Positions 38,155-50,479 of a stretch of DNA of 64,000 nt are shown piece after piece. The DNA is taken from the NCBI RefSeq assembly GCF_006345805.1, contig NC_042999.1, positions 8,742,001 to 8,806,000 on the forward strand, read 5' to 3'. Positions within the stretch are counted from its first letter, which is position 1. Every line of letters begins with the position of its first letter. A program made the translations under genes and the position numbers. Below the pieces are notes generated by a model. The model did not search any database. It was not told where the DNA came from and saw only the letters and a list, made by a program, of their open reading frames with translations. The DNA is from Octopus sinensis (taxonomy: Eukaryota).

Positions 38155-38344
38155 TCTTTTATTTGTTTCAGTCATTCGACTGCGGCCATGCTGCAGCACC
38201 TCCTCTAGTCGAACAAATGAACCCCAGAACTTATTCTTTGTAAACCTACTACTTATTCTATCGGTTTGTTATGCCGAAACGCTAAGTTACGTTTGTCAAA
38301 CGATGGTGGGGCGACAAACACGGACATACACATACATACACTCA

Positions 38345-38415
<71 letters not shown>

Positions 38416-38582
38416 TCATATATACGACGAGCTTCTTTCAGTTTCTGTCTACCAAATCCACTTAAAGGCTTTGGTCGGCCCGACGCTATACTAGAAACAC
38501 TCCATAGCCCCCAAGGTGCCATGGAGTAGGACTGAACCCAGAACAATGTGGTTGGGAAGCAAGCTTCTTACCATACAACCAC
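38155..38582 (-). mobile_element. SINE family A, diverged
   Basis: Homology to family A. Confidence 0.85.
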
Positions 38583-39965
38583 ATACAAAGTATGGGGGTT
38601 TAGTTCACAGGTGATCGAAATGATTAGGTACGCTAGGTAAGTACTGTAACGGATTACTAGGGTTCCTTCATCAGTTGTCGGCTTCCTATCTACTCCTCAT
38701 TTCGAGCATTCACCGACAATATGAGCCTTGAAAGCCTCATATTGTCAAAGTTGGGAACAAAAACGTGACAGCGGAGACATTCAAGGGGACCGAACGGAAA
38801 CAAACATGGAGGACAGTTAGACCAGAACGAGAGGAAAATAGTGAAAGCTATGAGAAATATTTTTTTGAAAAGGGAAAAGATCTAAGAAAGAGAAAAAAAC
38901 ACGTCCGCCCTTTTTGAACATCTGTGCAGGAAAAGACAGATGGTCACTCGACGAAAAGAAAGATGCACGATGGTCACGTGTGAGCAATGAGAGAGAGAGA
39001 GAGAGAAAGAGAAAGAGAAAGAGGGGAGAAAGAGAGATAGATAGAAAATGGTGAAAGAGGAAAGTGGACAACTGATAAAGGATCCTTTCTCTGTGTTTAC
39101 TTGTCCTATTTTCAAATTTTTCTCGTTGTTTATTTATTTAATGTTAGTTGTACCGTCGGTGATGTCCCGTACCCATATATGTATGTTTGCCTATATATAT
39201 ATGTATATGTATATATATATATTATATATTATATATTATTTACTATTTATTATTTAAATGAACGCGACGCATCCATTTCCAAGTAAGTTTATCATCTCCT
39301 TTTTGATGCGACTCTCTACTCTATACTGTTTTCTCCCTGCATCCTTCTCTAATTCTATTTCCCCTTCCTTCCTTTACCGTTTATGCCTGTCTGTCTCCCC
39401 TCTATCTCTTTTCATCACCCTCTCTCTCGTTGCTCACACGTGACTATCGTCCATCTTTCTTTTCCTGCACGAACGTTCAAAAGAATGAACTTGTTTTATT
39501 TTCTTTCTCTCTTCTATCTTTGTTCCTTTTTCTCTCGCTCTTCTATCTTTTCTCCTTTCACTATTTTCCCCTCATTCTGCTCTAACGACCCTCCATGTTT
39601 GTTTTCGCTCTGTTTCCTTGAATGTCTCCACTGTCCTGTTTTTGTTCCCAATTTTGACCCTCCATAAATCCTAAATTTTAATTTAGAATTTATGGGAGGA
39701 ACTGTCTTTGAAGACTCATATTTTCGTTGAATGCTCAAAATGAGGACTAGATAGGGTCCTTTCTTAGTATTTACTTTCCCTTGTCCTGTTTTCCATTTTT
39801 TCTCGTTCTTTACGTATTTCATGTTATTTGTACCGTTGTTGATGCCCTATGCCCATGTATGCAAGTATATATATATATATATATATATATACCGGAGTAA
39901 ACACATAAATGTGAAACAAGGTGGAAAAAAAGAGTACTCAAATACCAGTGGTAGAGTAATGTGCT

Positions 39966-40119
39966 TTATTTAAAGTAGCAGAAAATTCTACAAAACCTGT
40001 TACTCTGAGTTTCACGTTGCCGTTCATCGGACAGTTTTTGCTAGAAAAAACTGTCCGATGAACGGCAACGTGAAACTCAGAGTAACAGGTTTTGTAGAAT
40101 TTTCTGCTGCTTTAAATAA
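39966..40119. repeat. Fold-back: 74-bp arms, 6-bp loop, inside (TA)n
   Basis: 39966-40039 pairs with 40046-40119; a single T/G difference. Confidence 0.95.
40047..40093 (+). ncRNA. Minimal type I hammerhead-like fold with U4C core variant (mirror copy 39992-40038, minus strand)
   Basis: AAAACUGU CCGAUGA ACG GCAA CGU GAAAC UCAGA GUA / ACAGGUUUU. Confidence 0.6.
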
Positions 40120-40120
40120 C

Positions 40121-40172
<52 letters not shown>

Positions 40173-40479
40173 TATATATATAGGCATATGCATGCGTATC
40201 TGTCTCTCTCTCTCTCTCTTTCTCTCACTCTCTTTCTATCAATGTATCAATATATATATATATATACATACCGGGAAAGGTGGTAGCAATCAGGTGTATC
40301 GTTTGTTTTCCCACAATGGAAGGTGATTACATACCCTGACACACACATTAACCAATCTGTATATCCTTAACATTAAAATTACACAACAACTGCAAAATTC
40401 TAAGCATTTATAAAAAATTGTTCATTGCAATGCAAAGCGAATCATTTATTGCTTTCAGACATGGAAAGAAAAGACAAAA

Positions 40480-41400
40480 ACAGTAATCACATATTCTTAT
40501 ACATTGCAAAAATTAATAATCGGTGCTTTTGGCATGATTAGCTTCAAGTTTTTAATAAATAATTTTAATCTCACAGTCTGCGAGCGGTTTCAGTAAAGTA
40601 GCTATAATTTTGTATCATTATTCTAAAGTGTCGGAAAAAACGTCTTCTATCTCTGCTTCCACTCAATAAATCGGTTATAAATTTTCTTTAGGGTCAGCTT
40701 GGAGATTGTTGAGAACAATAAAAATATTATTTTCTAATTTCAGAATCAAATTTGTCTAATTTGCCACAATCAGTCGTTGCGTTATCATATTCCCAGTATA
40801 AGATTGAGAGAATTCCCATGTCGTGAAGGTCTGTGTAAAATCTATAGAATGATATTTCTTCAGTATTCTATTCAATATTTATTTCGTGTAGAAGAGCAAT
40901 TGTGAAATTCCTTCGTCTGGTGAAATATCCGCGTTGTTATGTAACCATATTCACTATTTTTATTGATTATTGCTGGCAATTTTTAAAAGCTTTTGTGTAG
41001 ATTTTTTCAGCCGCAAATTGTAGGTTGTCTGCGAAGAGATAATATTTTGATTCATTAGAAAACAGTTTTTGACGAAATTACAGTTCTTTTCAGTAAACAT
41101 ATTTATTTCTACCAGATATGGTTTTCTTTCATAACTGGAACATTTGGGTAAAATCCAAGCTAAAATTTCTGGATTCCTTCAAGAAATTTCCAATGGCGTT
41201 TGGATATAGTTGGTCTGTTACTTCTAGTGACTTTCTTCAGTAAAAGCGAAAGTGATGGTTTCTTTCTGTCATTAGAAGTTTGTATCATAAGCCTTATCTC
41301 ATGTTTTTAGATACTTTTATTCGTCAAACGAAGTTGTTTTTGCTACTCAGCTTCGTAGTGCATTTTGAAAGAACCTGTTTATTGAACATGTTTCATGTTT
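40480..41400 (-). pseudogene. Possible highly decayed hAT (Charlie/SPIN-like) transposase relic
   Basis: Only short motifs (GNFLKES, LSLRRQ, DISPDEGISQLL) loosely resembling GEFIKEC / ISLSR / DESTDI..AQL. Confidence 0.3.
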
Positions 41401-41620
41401 TACCGAAACTAGATCTGTTGTTCCTCTTGGTAGATTGATGTGAAGATCGAACCGACTAGTTTCCACGGTCAAGATTCATCAGAGATTATCTACTTCGCCT
41501 TGTAAGTTGCTGAGATTAGGAAGAATAAAACTTATTATAGAGAAAGCAGAATTGTGACAAACATAATGACATTCATGTAATGGTACAAGACTGACAAGTG
41601 ATCGGGCATTAATCAATATA

Positions 41621-43181
41621 TTTGGTTGTTCCGAAAATAATGGCCGCTCCAAGTGTTGTATTTTGAAACGCAATTTTATAGTATTTTAATTATATTTTAA
41701 GTGAATTTCGACATACTTTTTAAGTGAAAAGAATAAAAAGTTTTGAATTGTACAACAATGCCCCATAATACAAGGGGCTATATACCTGTTGTAATTTAGT
41801 CATCCATTGTCTGATAATATTTCGGAATACAATTCCTTCTTCAGATATTCTTAGATGCAGTTGTTGCTATAATCGGTTTTCCAATGTTTTTTTCCGGAAG
41901 CATCTCAGGAGTGGTCTCACGAAGCTCCTTCTGGAATTACTCATGAAAAGTGCGTGAGGTCGGCCATGTCTCAAGTGATGTATGCTCTTTCATAATTTTC
42001 TACTTATTTCAGACAGAAAACATTCTTGAAGTATAGGAGCTCTTAATTACGAACATGACAAAAAAGGACCATCGCTTCCTTTTCTTGCATGAGTTCAAGC
42101 CTGGGCACAATGCTTCCCAAACTGCTGCTGATATCAACAGAGCATGGGGATAAGGGTCCACAAGTGATCGCACAGTACGAAGGTAGTTTCAGAAATTCAG
42201 TAGTGGTGATGAGAACCTTGAAGACGAAGAATATAAAGGATGGTCATGCAGTCTTGAGAGTGAACAATTGAAAGCAATAGTTAAACAAAACCCACGTCAC
42301 AGTGTCAGAGAAATGTCTCAGGCACTTGGTGTTGGTATTGCAACGGTTTCGTGCAATCTGCAGAAGATTGGTGAGGTGAAAAAGCTTGATAAATGGGTGC
42401 TGCATGAGTTCAATGAAAATGAAAAAGTTCGGTGTTTTGAAGTGTGCTCGAAGCTCTTTTCTGCGAAACATCGATGATCTTTTTCTTGACCGAATAATCA
42501 TTTGTGACGAAAAACAGATCCTTTTATGATAACCGTAAACGATCAGGTCAATGGTTTGATCGTTTTGAATTCCCAAACATTTCCAAAAGCCAAAGTTGCA
42601 TCAGCAAAATATTATGGTGACTGTCTGGTAGTCTGCATTTCGTACTGTACCTTACAGCTTTCTGGAAGTCAATCAGAGCATTACAGCATTATACAAACCA
42701 ATCAGAGCATTACAGCAAAAGATTTCAGCAATCAACTTGCTGAAATGCATGCTCACTTGCAAAAAATGAGACCTGCATTGGTGAATTGGCGTGGCTCAAT
42801 TCTGCTCCACGATAATGCAAAGCCACATGTTGCAAGAATGACACTGCAGAAACTCACTCACTTGGGATACTAGATTTTACCACATCCTCGCTATTCTCCT
42901 GATCTTCCATCCACTGATCACCATTTTTAAAGCAATTAAACACGTTTTTAAATGATAAAACTTTCAGGTCCAAACCAGAGGTGGAAAAAGCTTTCAAAGA
43001 TTTCTTAGCATCAAAGCCAATAAGTTTTTATCAACGAGGCATAAATATTCTCGTTGATCGATGGCAGAGATGCATAGATGTTCACGGCTCATACTTTGAA
43101 TAATCAAAACATTTCTATTGTTAATTTTTCCAGAATAAAATTATGTTTGTGAAATCGGCCATTATTTTCGGAACAACCTAA
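41621..43181 (+). mobile_element. Decayed mariner (Hsmar1/cecropia-like) with 26-bp TIRs
   Basis: TTTGGTTGTTCCGAAAATAATGGCCG vs right reverse complement TTAGGTTGTTCCGAAAATAATGGCCG (25/26); TA precedes the left TIR. Confidence 0.92.
42055..43103 (+). pseudogene. Mariner DD34D transposase pseudogene
   Basis: IG.VKKLDKWV.HE, CDEK, LLHDNAKPHV, YSPDL, RWQRCID..GSYFE*; several stops and frameshifts. Confidence 0.92.
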
Positions 43182-43944
43182 TGATATAGTGTGGTTATTA
43201 AACATACCTTTGATAGGTTAATAGAATAATTAATTTAATCTCTTTTAGAAATTTTCATTAACCCTAAAAATGTGAACCAACTCCTTGACAAAAGGAAATA
43301 TGTTTATTACTTCAATTCCATATTAAGTAGACATCACATGCTTCTCAGTTACTTCAAACATAAGAATTTAACGAACCTTTATGAAGAATCTGCTTTCAGA
43401 AGAATCGTAGGAAATATTGAAATTAGGGAACATAACTGAAGGTAAAGGAAACTACTGAAATTATGGAATAAACAAAATTATTTTTAATGTTACAAAACTA
43501 CAGTCACATGACCATAAAATAAGATGACATTTTCAAAAATCTAAATAATATTTTGGGAAGTATTAATTTGTACGGCAGATGTTCAAACTCGAAAAATAGT
43601 GAAAGAATGCAATTACCTTTATCATAGGTATTCTATTTGCACGGACACACATTAAGTAAATTCATTCAAGTTTATAAAGGTGGTTTCTAAGTATGGATTC
43701 TGTAGTGTTTTTTGGATGGGAGGTACCTCTTTTTTTAACAAAAGCATTAGAATATCGCAGCCAATTTCAATAAAACCTACATCTTTCTCGTTTAGTGAAA
43801 CAAATTCAGTTTATAACTCATATACACACTACAACACAACACGGAATATGTATGATCAGGTTGAGTTATATTTAATAAATGCTTCCATTTCTGCCTCTAA
43901 CAAACGCTTGAAGTAATAGGAAACTTTCATGATGGAATTTCAGT

Positions 43945-44085
43945 ATTTACTCTTTTACTCTTTTACTTGTTTCAGTCATTTGACGGCGGCCATGTTGGAG
44001 CACCGCCTTTAATCAAGCAACGGGGACATAAACACACCAGCATCGGTTGTCAAGCAATGCTAGAGGGACAAACACAGACACACAA

Positions 44086-44142
<57 letters not shown>

Positions 44143-44240
44143 TACGACGGGTTTCTTTCAGTTTCCGTCTACCAAATCCACTCACAAGGCTTTGGTCGGC
44201 CCGAGGCTATAGTAGAAGACACTTGCCCAAGGTGCCACGT
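43945..44240 (-). mobile_element. SINE family A, internally deleted and truncated
   Basis: Homology to family A. Confidence 0.85.
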
Positions 44241-44267
44241 TAATATTTATTCAATAGTGAATGTGGC

Positions 44268-44450
44268 AAGCTGAGTGAATCATTAAGCACGCGGGGCAAA
44301 GTAAAACCGAGCACTTACGTTCTGAATTCATATTCCGCCGAGGCCCACTTTGCCATCCAGGGTCGATAAAATAAGTACCAGTTGTGCACTGGGGTCGACC
44401 TATGCCCTCCCACAAAACTGCTGGACTTGTGCTAAAATTTGAAACCAATA
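44268..44450 (+). mobile_element. SINE family B, degenerate
   Basis: ATTCCGCCGAGG...GGTCGATAAAATAAGTACCAG core. Confidence 0.7.
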
Positions 44451-45109
44451 TTTATCCAAGAGAATGTAATCCAAAAACAAAATCGCTCTGTCCCAAATGT
44501 TTGGCCTTGTTATCGTGTTCCATCTTCCAATCCATCTCTGTGTTGTAAGTTAACCAGTAATATACTGGTTGGTAGTTAATTCAGCTGAATTTATTTCTCG
44601 TCTTAAATCTGTGCACTTTAAATTTCACAGAATCGTATTCGCTTATTTTCGGTTTATAACAGAGAAACTATGTTCTGTGTAGATAATGACGTCGGTTAAA
44701 TTTGCTATAGGCTTCTTCTGTAGTTTCTTTGGTCTTATGAGCAACAGGAAAAATAATTGTCAGTTCTTGCCTGCACTATTTTACTTCAAAACATTTCAGA
44801 CGTATTCCCAACCAATTAAATATTGTTGCTGATGACCTCTTGTCAGCTCTTACAGAGTTGATCGATAACATGCAAGAAGATGATCGAACATAGCGTTCGA
44901 TTTGCATAAGTATGTAGGACCATCCTTCGTCGTTATTTTGGAGCAAAATGATTGATCCAGGACTTCGAACTTTTATTCGTTTCTCCTTTTAAAAACTGTT
45001 GCGGTCGAGAGAAATTTAATTGCTCTTATGAGCAAATAGTTCTTGTACTGTCTCCAATCTTTTCTTATGTCTGTTGGCACTGGAGCTTCACTCAAACCCA
45101 TTTCCATAA

Positions 45110-45440
45110 TAATTACATTTATCAGCGGTTCTATGTGTATCCAGGCGTTTTCTACCGAATTACACTTTCAACGACATTAATCAGTTGTACAGATGCAAAG
45201 TCGTTACCAAGACATATTATATAAATACTTGTCCCAGCTTAAAATTTTTCGAGCACCTTCCAGAGTATTCGAGCGATTCCAAGCAGTGCTGTTTTCTGCA
45301 AGTGCTCCACCCTTATTGCAGCGCCTATTTGTTCCATGCATTTCTCAAGATTTTTACTCACAGTTCCCAGGGTTCTCACAATTATTGCTACTACTACCAC
45401 CTTTTTCATCGACCTCCCATGCTAACCTGTCATATCTATA
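45110..45440 (-). mobile_element. Third R4/Dong-like RLE 3' fragment
   Basis: Minus strand reads WEV...MKKVVVVAIIVRTLGTVSKNLEK...LQKTALLGIARILWKVLE; abuts (TTA)n. Confidence 0.65.
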
Positions 45441-45451
45441 TTATTATTATT

Positions 45452-46005
45452 GAGTGAGCGAGCAGAGTATGCCATCAAAGTGACACTGGGGTAAAATATA
45501 CGAAGCCCAGTATACCCATCATGACTACCCGTCTGATAAGGGTACACCAAGCACATGCATCACAACCATATGTGCATGACATGGTGATCTCATATCAAGA
45601 TAAATAGCACATGACCTTGCAGGTAGGGCCCAGTTAGAATTTTCTTCTGGTCGAGTAACCCACCCCACTCAAAAGGTCTCTGAATAAGGGTTAAGGATGT
45701 TGAACGAAACACCCAAGTTTCCAGAGGTGAATTATCCAAACCCCAAAGAATCCCTCTCAACACATGGCTATGATGCTCCCCCACTACTTCTGCTTGTGAT
45801 CAGAGATGCACATATCGTTAACCACTAAGGGACATGGTCAACTGGCAAAGGTCAAACAACTGACAAGAAAATTTGTGGTATTGAGCAGAATATTTGCTGT
45901 AGGCCATCTTTTATACCAAGACAAAACAATGTACAGGATAACACTTCCGATCAGTGAAGATCAGAAGCCACGAGAGCCACTGCCTTGTACTGCATCAGGG
46001 CATTT
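45452..46005. mobile_element. Family C element, apparently full length, flanked by (TTA)n
   Basis: Homologous to 6685-7180; trinucleotide repeats on both sides. Confidence 0.82.
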
Positions 46006-46046
46006 ATCATCATCATTATTATTATTATTATTATATTATTATTATT

Positions 46047-46093
<47 letters not shown>

Positions 46094-46235
46094 CATTGTT
46101 GTTTAAATTGTTGTTGTTGTTATCGCTATTAATTTTTGCTATCATTAGCACTCTGTCATACTTTGGTTATTTATGGCAACGCCATCGTTGATTATTCTTG
46201 TTATTTTAGTATAGCTGTTATGAGTCTTGTTGCTG

Positions 46236-46267
<32 letters not shown>

Positions 46268-46785
46268 CGTCGTCGTCGTCGTGGCGATGGTGGGTGTTGA
46301 GATAAAAAAAACTTTAAAAGAACCGAAACCTGTTTCATTGCGAAATCAATGTTGTGTAACAATGAAAATTGGGAGAGCATAACAATTACCATTAGCTGCC
46401 ACGTGAGTTGAAACCGGCCAAGCATGGCGGCTAAAAATTAAAGCTTTGGAAATTATTTGACTTCGCCGGAGAACGTTGAGGGGGAAATGTTAGTGGAAAT
46501 GGTCGTAAACTGAATGATGAACGGCCAACAGAGAACAATATTTTGTTTTACATTCAAAGCCCATCCTTGAGTAATTACAATTAAAAAAATCAGCTGCAAA
46601 ACTATGTGAGTTCCAAGATACTTAACTGTTTGTTCTTCATGGAGAAGGTGCCTCTGGGAATGGCCAGCCGCAAATAATATTTTACGCTGTCTCTTCCTCG
46701 GCTATTCCTCTGTAAAAGGAATTTATTTAAATGATTTCTGCAAGCAATGGGGAAACGTTGCACAAGCAGCTGCTACTGTTGTAGG

Positions 46786-46820
<35 letters not shown>

Positions 46821-47206
46821 AAGACGGGTAAGGGTGATTAGGTGATGGTCTAAGGCTTAGGGGCGGGAGACCCCAGACTGTGGGGAAAAAAAAAGACTTT
46901 GGTCATCTTGTTGTAGTCGAGGGCTCTTCGTTTACGCCCGACACCACTGGGAGGTGGCCCTCGAAGTCGCTGGAAATGGAGATCTCCAGGTCCAAATTCT
47001 TGGACGGCTGCTGCTGCTGCTGTCCATGATGACGATAATGATGATGATGACGATGACGATGACGACGACGATAATGATGACGATGATGAATAGTGGTAAC
47101 AGAAGTAGTAGTAGTAGCAGTAACATCATCATCATCTTCATCATCATCGTCGTCATCGACGTTGTTGTGGAATTTGAACTCAGAACATAAAGACAGACGA
47201 AATACA

Positions 47207-47438
47207 AATTTCTTTACAACCCACAAGGGGCTACACACAGAGGGGACAAACAAGGACAGACAAATGGATTAAGTCGATTATATCGACCCCAGTGCGTAAC
47301 TGATACTTATATAATCGACCCCGAAAGGATGAAAGGTAAAGTCGACCTCGGCGGAATTTGAACTCAGAACGTAACGGCAGACGAAATACGGCTACGCATT
47401 TCGCCCGGCGTGTTAACGATTCTGCCAGCTCGCCGCCC
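47207..47438 (-). mobile_element. SINE family B, full length
   Basis: Reverse complement of the family B consensus. Confidence 0.9.
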
Positions 47439-47526
47439 TGACGATGGATAAAATATTCTATTTCAGTGATTTCAATCGTTCAGTTCATTCAATTTATTCT
47501 GTTATGTTGTGTATATAAAATCAGAT

Positions 47527-47748
47527 AATGAATATCTTAATTTTAAATTTTGGCACAAGGCCAGCAATTTCGGGGGCGGGAGCAAATCTATTACATCGAC
47601 CTCAGTGTTCAGCTGGAACTTATTTCATCGACCCCTAAAGAATGGAAAGCAAAATCGACCTCGGCAGATTTTGAACTCAGTACAAGTAGATTGGAGGAAA
47701 TAGCGCTCAGCATTTTGCCCGGCGTGCTAACGATTCTGTCAGCTCTCT
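47527..47748 (-). mobile_element. SINE family B, alternative tail, diverged
   Basis: Homology to the 5950 copy. Confidence 0.75.
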
Positions 47749-47802
47749 GCTTTGGGTAGTGTATATATTATTTGTAAATATGCATATATATATTTTATAT
47801 AT

Positions 47803-48032
47803 AAGGCGACGAGCTGGCAGAACCGTTAGCACGCCGGCCGAAATGCGTAGCCGTATTTCGTCTGCCATTGCGTCCTGTTCAAATTCCGCCGAGGTCGACT
47901 TTGCCTTTCATCCTTTCGGGGTCGATAAATAAAGTACCAGTTTCACACTGGGGTCGATGTAATCGACCTAATCCGTTTGTCTGTCCTTGTTTTTCCCCTC
48001 TGTATTTAGCCCCTTGTGGGCAGTAAAGAAAT
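47803..48032 (+). mobile_element. SINE family B, full length
   Basis: Homology to 21817. Confidence 0.9.
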
Positions 48033-49889
48033 ATATATATATATATATATTATAAATAAAACGCTTAAAATGCGGTTGTTTCTAATTAAACTATAGAATA
48101 TCCACGGATAATTTAATATCATAATATAAAGGTTAAAATATTTTAAGAATTAAATTGCAGAATAGATCTTACGAACAAATGGAGGATCTTTCCTCAGACA
48201 GACTGTAGCGATAAAATAACAACAGCAGTTTTGAAATTGCAAATTTCTCAATTATGAACTAATTAGAAATCAATAGAAACATCAATATCGCCAGAATAAA
48301 TGATTGATGCAACCACTGCGTTTGTCACAGAGCAGAATGAGTAATTTCTGAAGACATATCCGGTACAAACAAACAATAAACTGAAAGAGACAAAAGGTGT
48401 AGAGAAAATATAAATAAAATAATACTTTCGACTCGTGGAAATCAATAACGGAAGGTTGTAGAAGAGACAAATACGACACAAATACAGCTTATTATAAAGA
48501 ACTAGCAAATGAAAAGTGTTTAAGAAAGGATTGTCGTTAAATCGTGTACAAATGTAACAATACTTCTTTACCTACAAGAAACTGTATATTCCCAACTTTA
48601 GATAATTTGCCAAGAACTGAATAAGTAAAAAGGCAGAAACTTATGCAGAGGAAGGAGAATATATTGGATTTTGTTTTGTAATTGGTTGTGGAAGGACCGC
48701 TACCGGCACAAGGTCCACACTCGCTAACACAGCATTGGAACAGCTATTGTAAGACATAAAAATCGATAATGTAGATCAATCGTTATATACAGGAAGAAGT
48801 GAAACGTACCATGAAATGGTATTTTCCTTAAATTCTGGCTAAAATATATATAAAAGGTAGCCACAAAAGCAAGCGATTTCAAAAGTATAGGAAAAGAGCA
48901 AAAACAAAACAAAAAAAGGAAAGACAATAGCTACATGGTCCGGCGAAGGGGAAAGATTTCCTTTTACTACATAAGAACAGATGAAACAAAAAGTGCCAGA
49001 GAGTAAACAGTTCTAACCTAAAAACCTACAATAGAGAAGTGCCCAAAACAGCAGTATTGCTATAAATGGTAAACGTTGACCTCGAAATAAATAAAAAAAA
49101 ACTGACATCGAAAAGAAATGAAGCGAATCAATAAAACCTCAATTACTGATTGAGTGTAAAAGAAAAAATGGCAGGAGTGTTGCATGGATTGGTTACTAAA
49201 TGTTTTCTGACAATGTTTCCATTCGTGGAGTGTGGGAATATTATTCACAAGTTGTGGAACACCAACAACAGGCAGGGACACATCACGAACGCATTGCAAC
49301 AAAGTTTGGAAATTCATATTTCTGATTCTATATATATTTATATTTTTATATTTAATTATTTATATATATATATTTTAATACAGTAAGTTTGATGAGTTTG
49401 GATATTAATTTCCTTATATTAATAATAATAATAATATATTATTAAAAAATATATGTATTTCATATTCTGTGTAAATAGGAAGTTGTATCTCGAGAAAACG
49501 GTTTTGTTTCTCTCATAGAAATGCAATTTGTCCAAGATGATCAACATCCGAAGGTTCTTGAACAATTTTTTAAACATATTGGAAATTATTATTGCGAGAA
49601 AAACCGTTTCCCGTCACGGAGACCAACAGGTGAAAGATCAATCAAACGAAAATTAATGACAGAATGCCATTTGATATTTTAATTCGGAATATTTGAAGAA
49701 TAGCAGGAAGAGAGCGTGAAATGGTGGCTATTTTTAGGAGTTCGGTTTTTATGAAGAGAAAAATAACAACAAAAGAAACGGAAGAATGTCGAAGATTAAT
49801 AGACAAAGATTGGAATAAAATTGTTGGAAATGAAAACGGAACAGCGAAAGCAAAGAAGAAAGAACGGAGAGGAAGGGAAATGAGAAGGA

Positions 49890-49890
49890 T

Positions 49891-49921
<31 letters not shown>

Positions 49922-49980
49922 AAGAAGAAGAAGGAGGTGGAGGTGGAGGAGGAGGAGGAGGAGGAGGAGAAGAAGTAGAA
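49890..49980. repeat. (GAA)n(GAG)n purine microsatellite
   Basis: Direct reading. Confidence 0.95.
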
Positions 49981-50479
49981 GTGAATAGCGGTTAAAGAAG
50001 ATAAAAAAGAGAGAAAAGGAGAAAAAAAACGAAGGAAGAGAGAATGAAGAGTATATTGAAGAAGGAGAGAATTATGAATGAGAAAAAAAGACATTAAAGA
50101 AGAAGATAAAGAAAATAAGAAAATAATGATCGAAGAAGGAGGAGGATGGAAATTTTTTTTAAATGTAAAGGAAATGATGTAGAAGAACTGAGAACATAAA
50201 GAATCCCAACTAAACACCAGTTGTTGTCTCTAAACTAATATAAAGTCTTTTGTTTTTGTTTTCGGATTTTTATTGATGATTTTTGGCAACTTGCATCTCC
50301 ATTTCATATCTTAAAGAATTTGATAGAACTTGTTGCCCAATCGTTGTCCAATCGTTGCTGAATTGCTCATTCATAATTTTCACTTGTAACAAATTAACAT
50401 TAATTGTGCATTTTTCTGTTACGGCTTTGATGATGAGTTATGCAAAATATTGAAATTAGAACCATTTTACGCTCCCCGT

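Noticed and set aside
42055-43103. SETMAR host gene
   Set aside because: No SET domain, has TIRs, and the ORF is broken; a free mariner relic.
48200-49320. Possible decayed LINE ORF
   Set aside because: A-rich and coding-like, but no motif could be recovered.
49642-50217. 191-aa hydrophobic ORF
   Set aside because: Reverse translation of purine-rich GAA/GAG low-complexity sequence.
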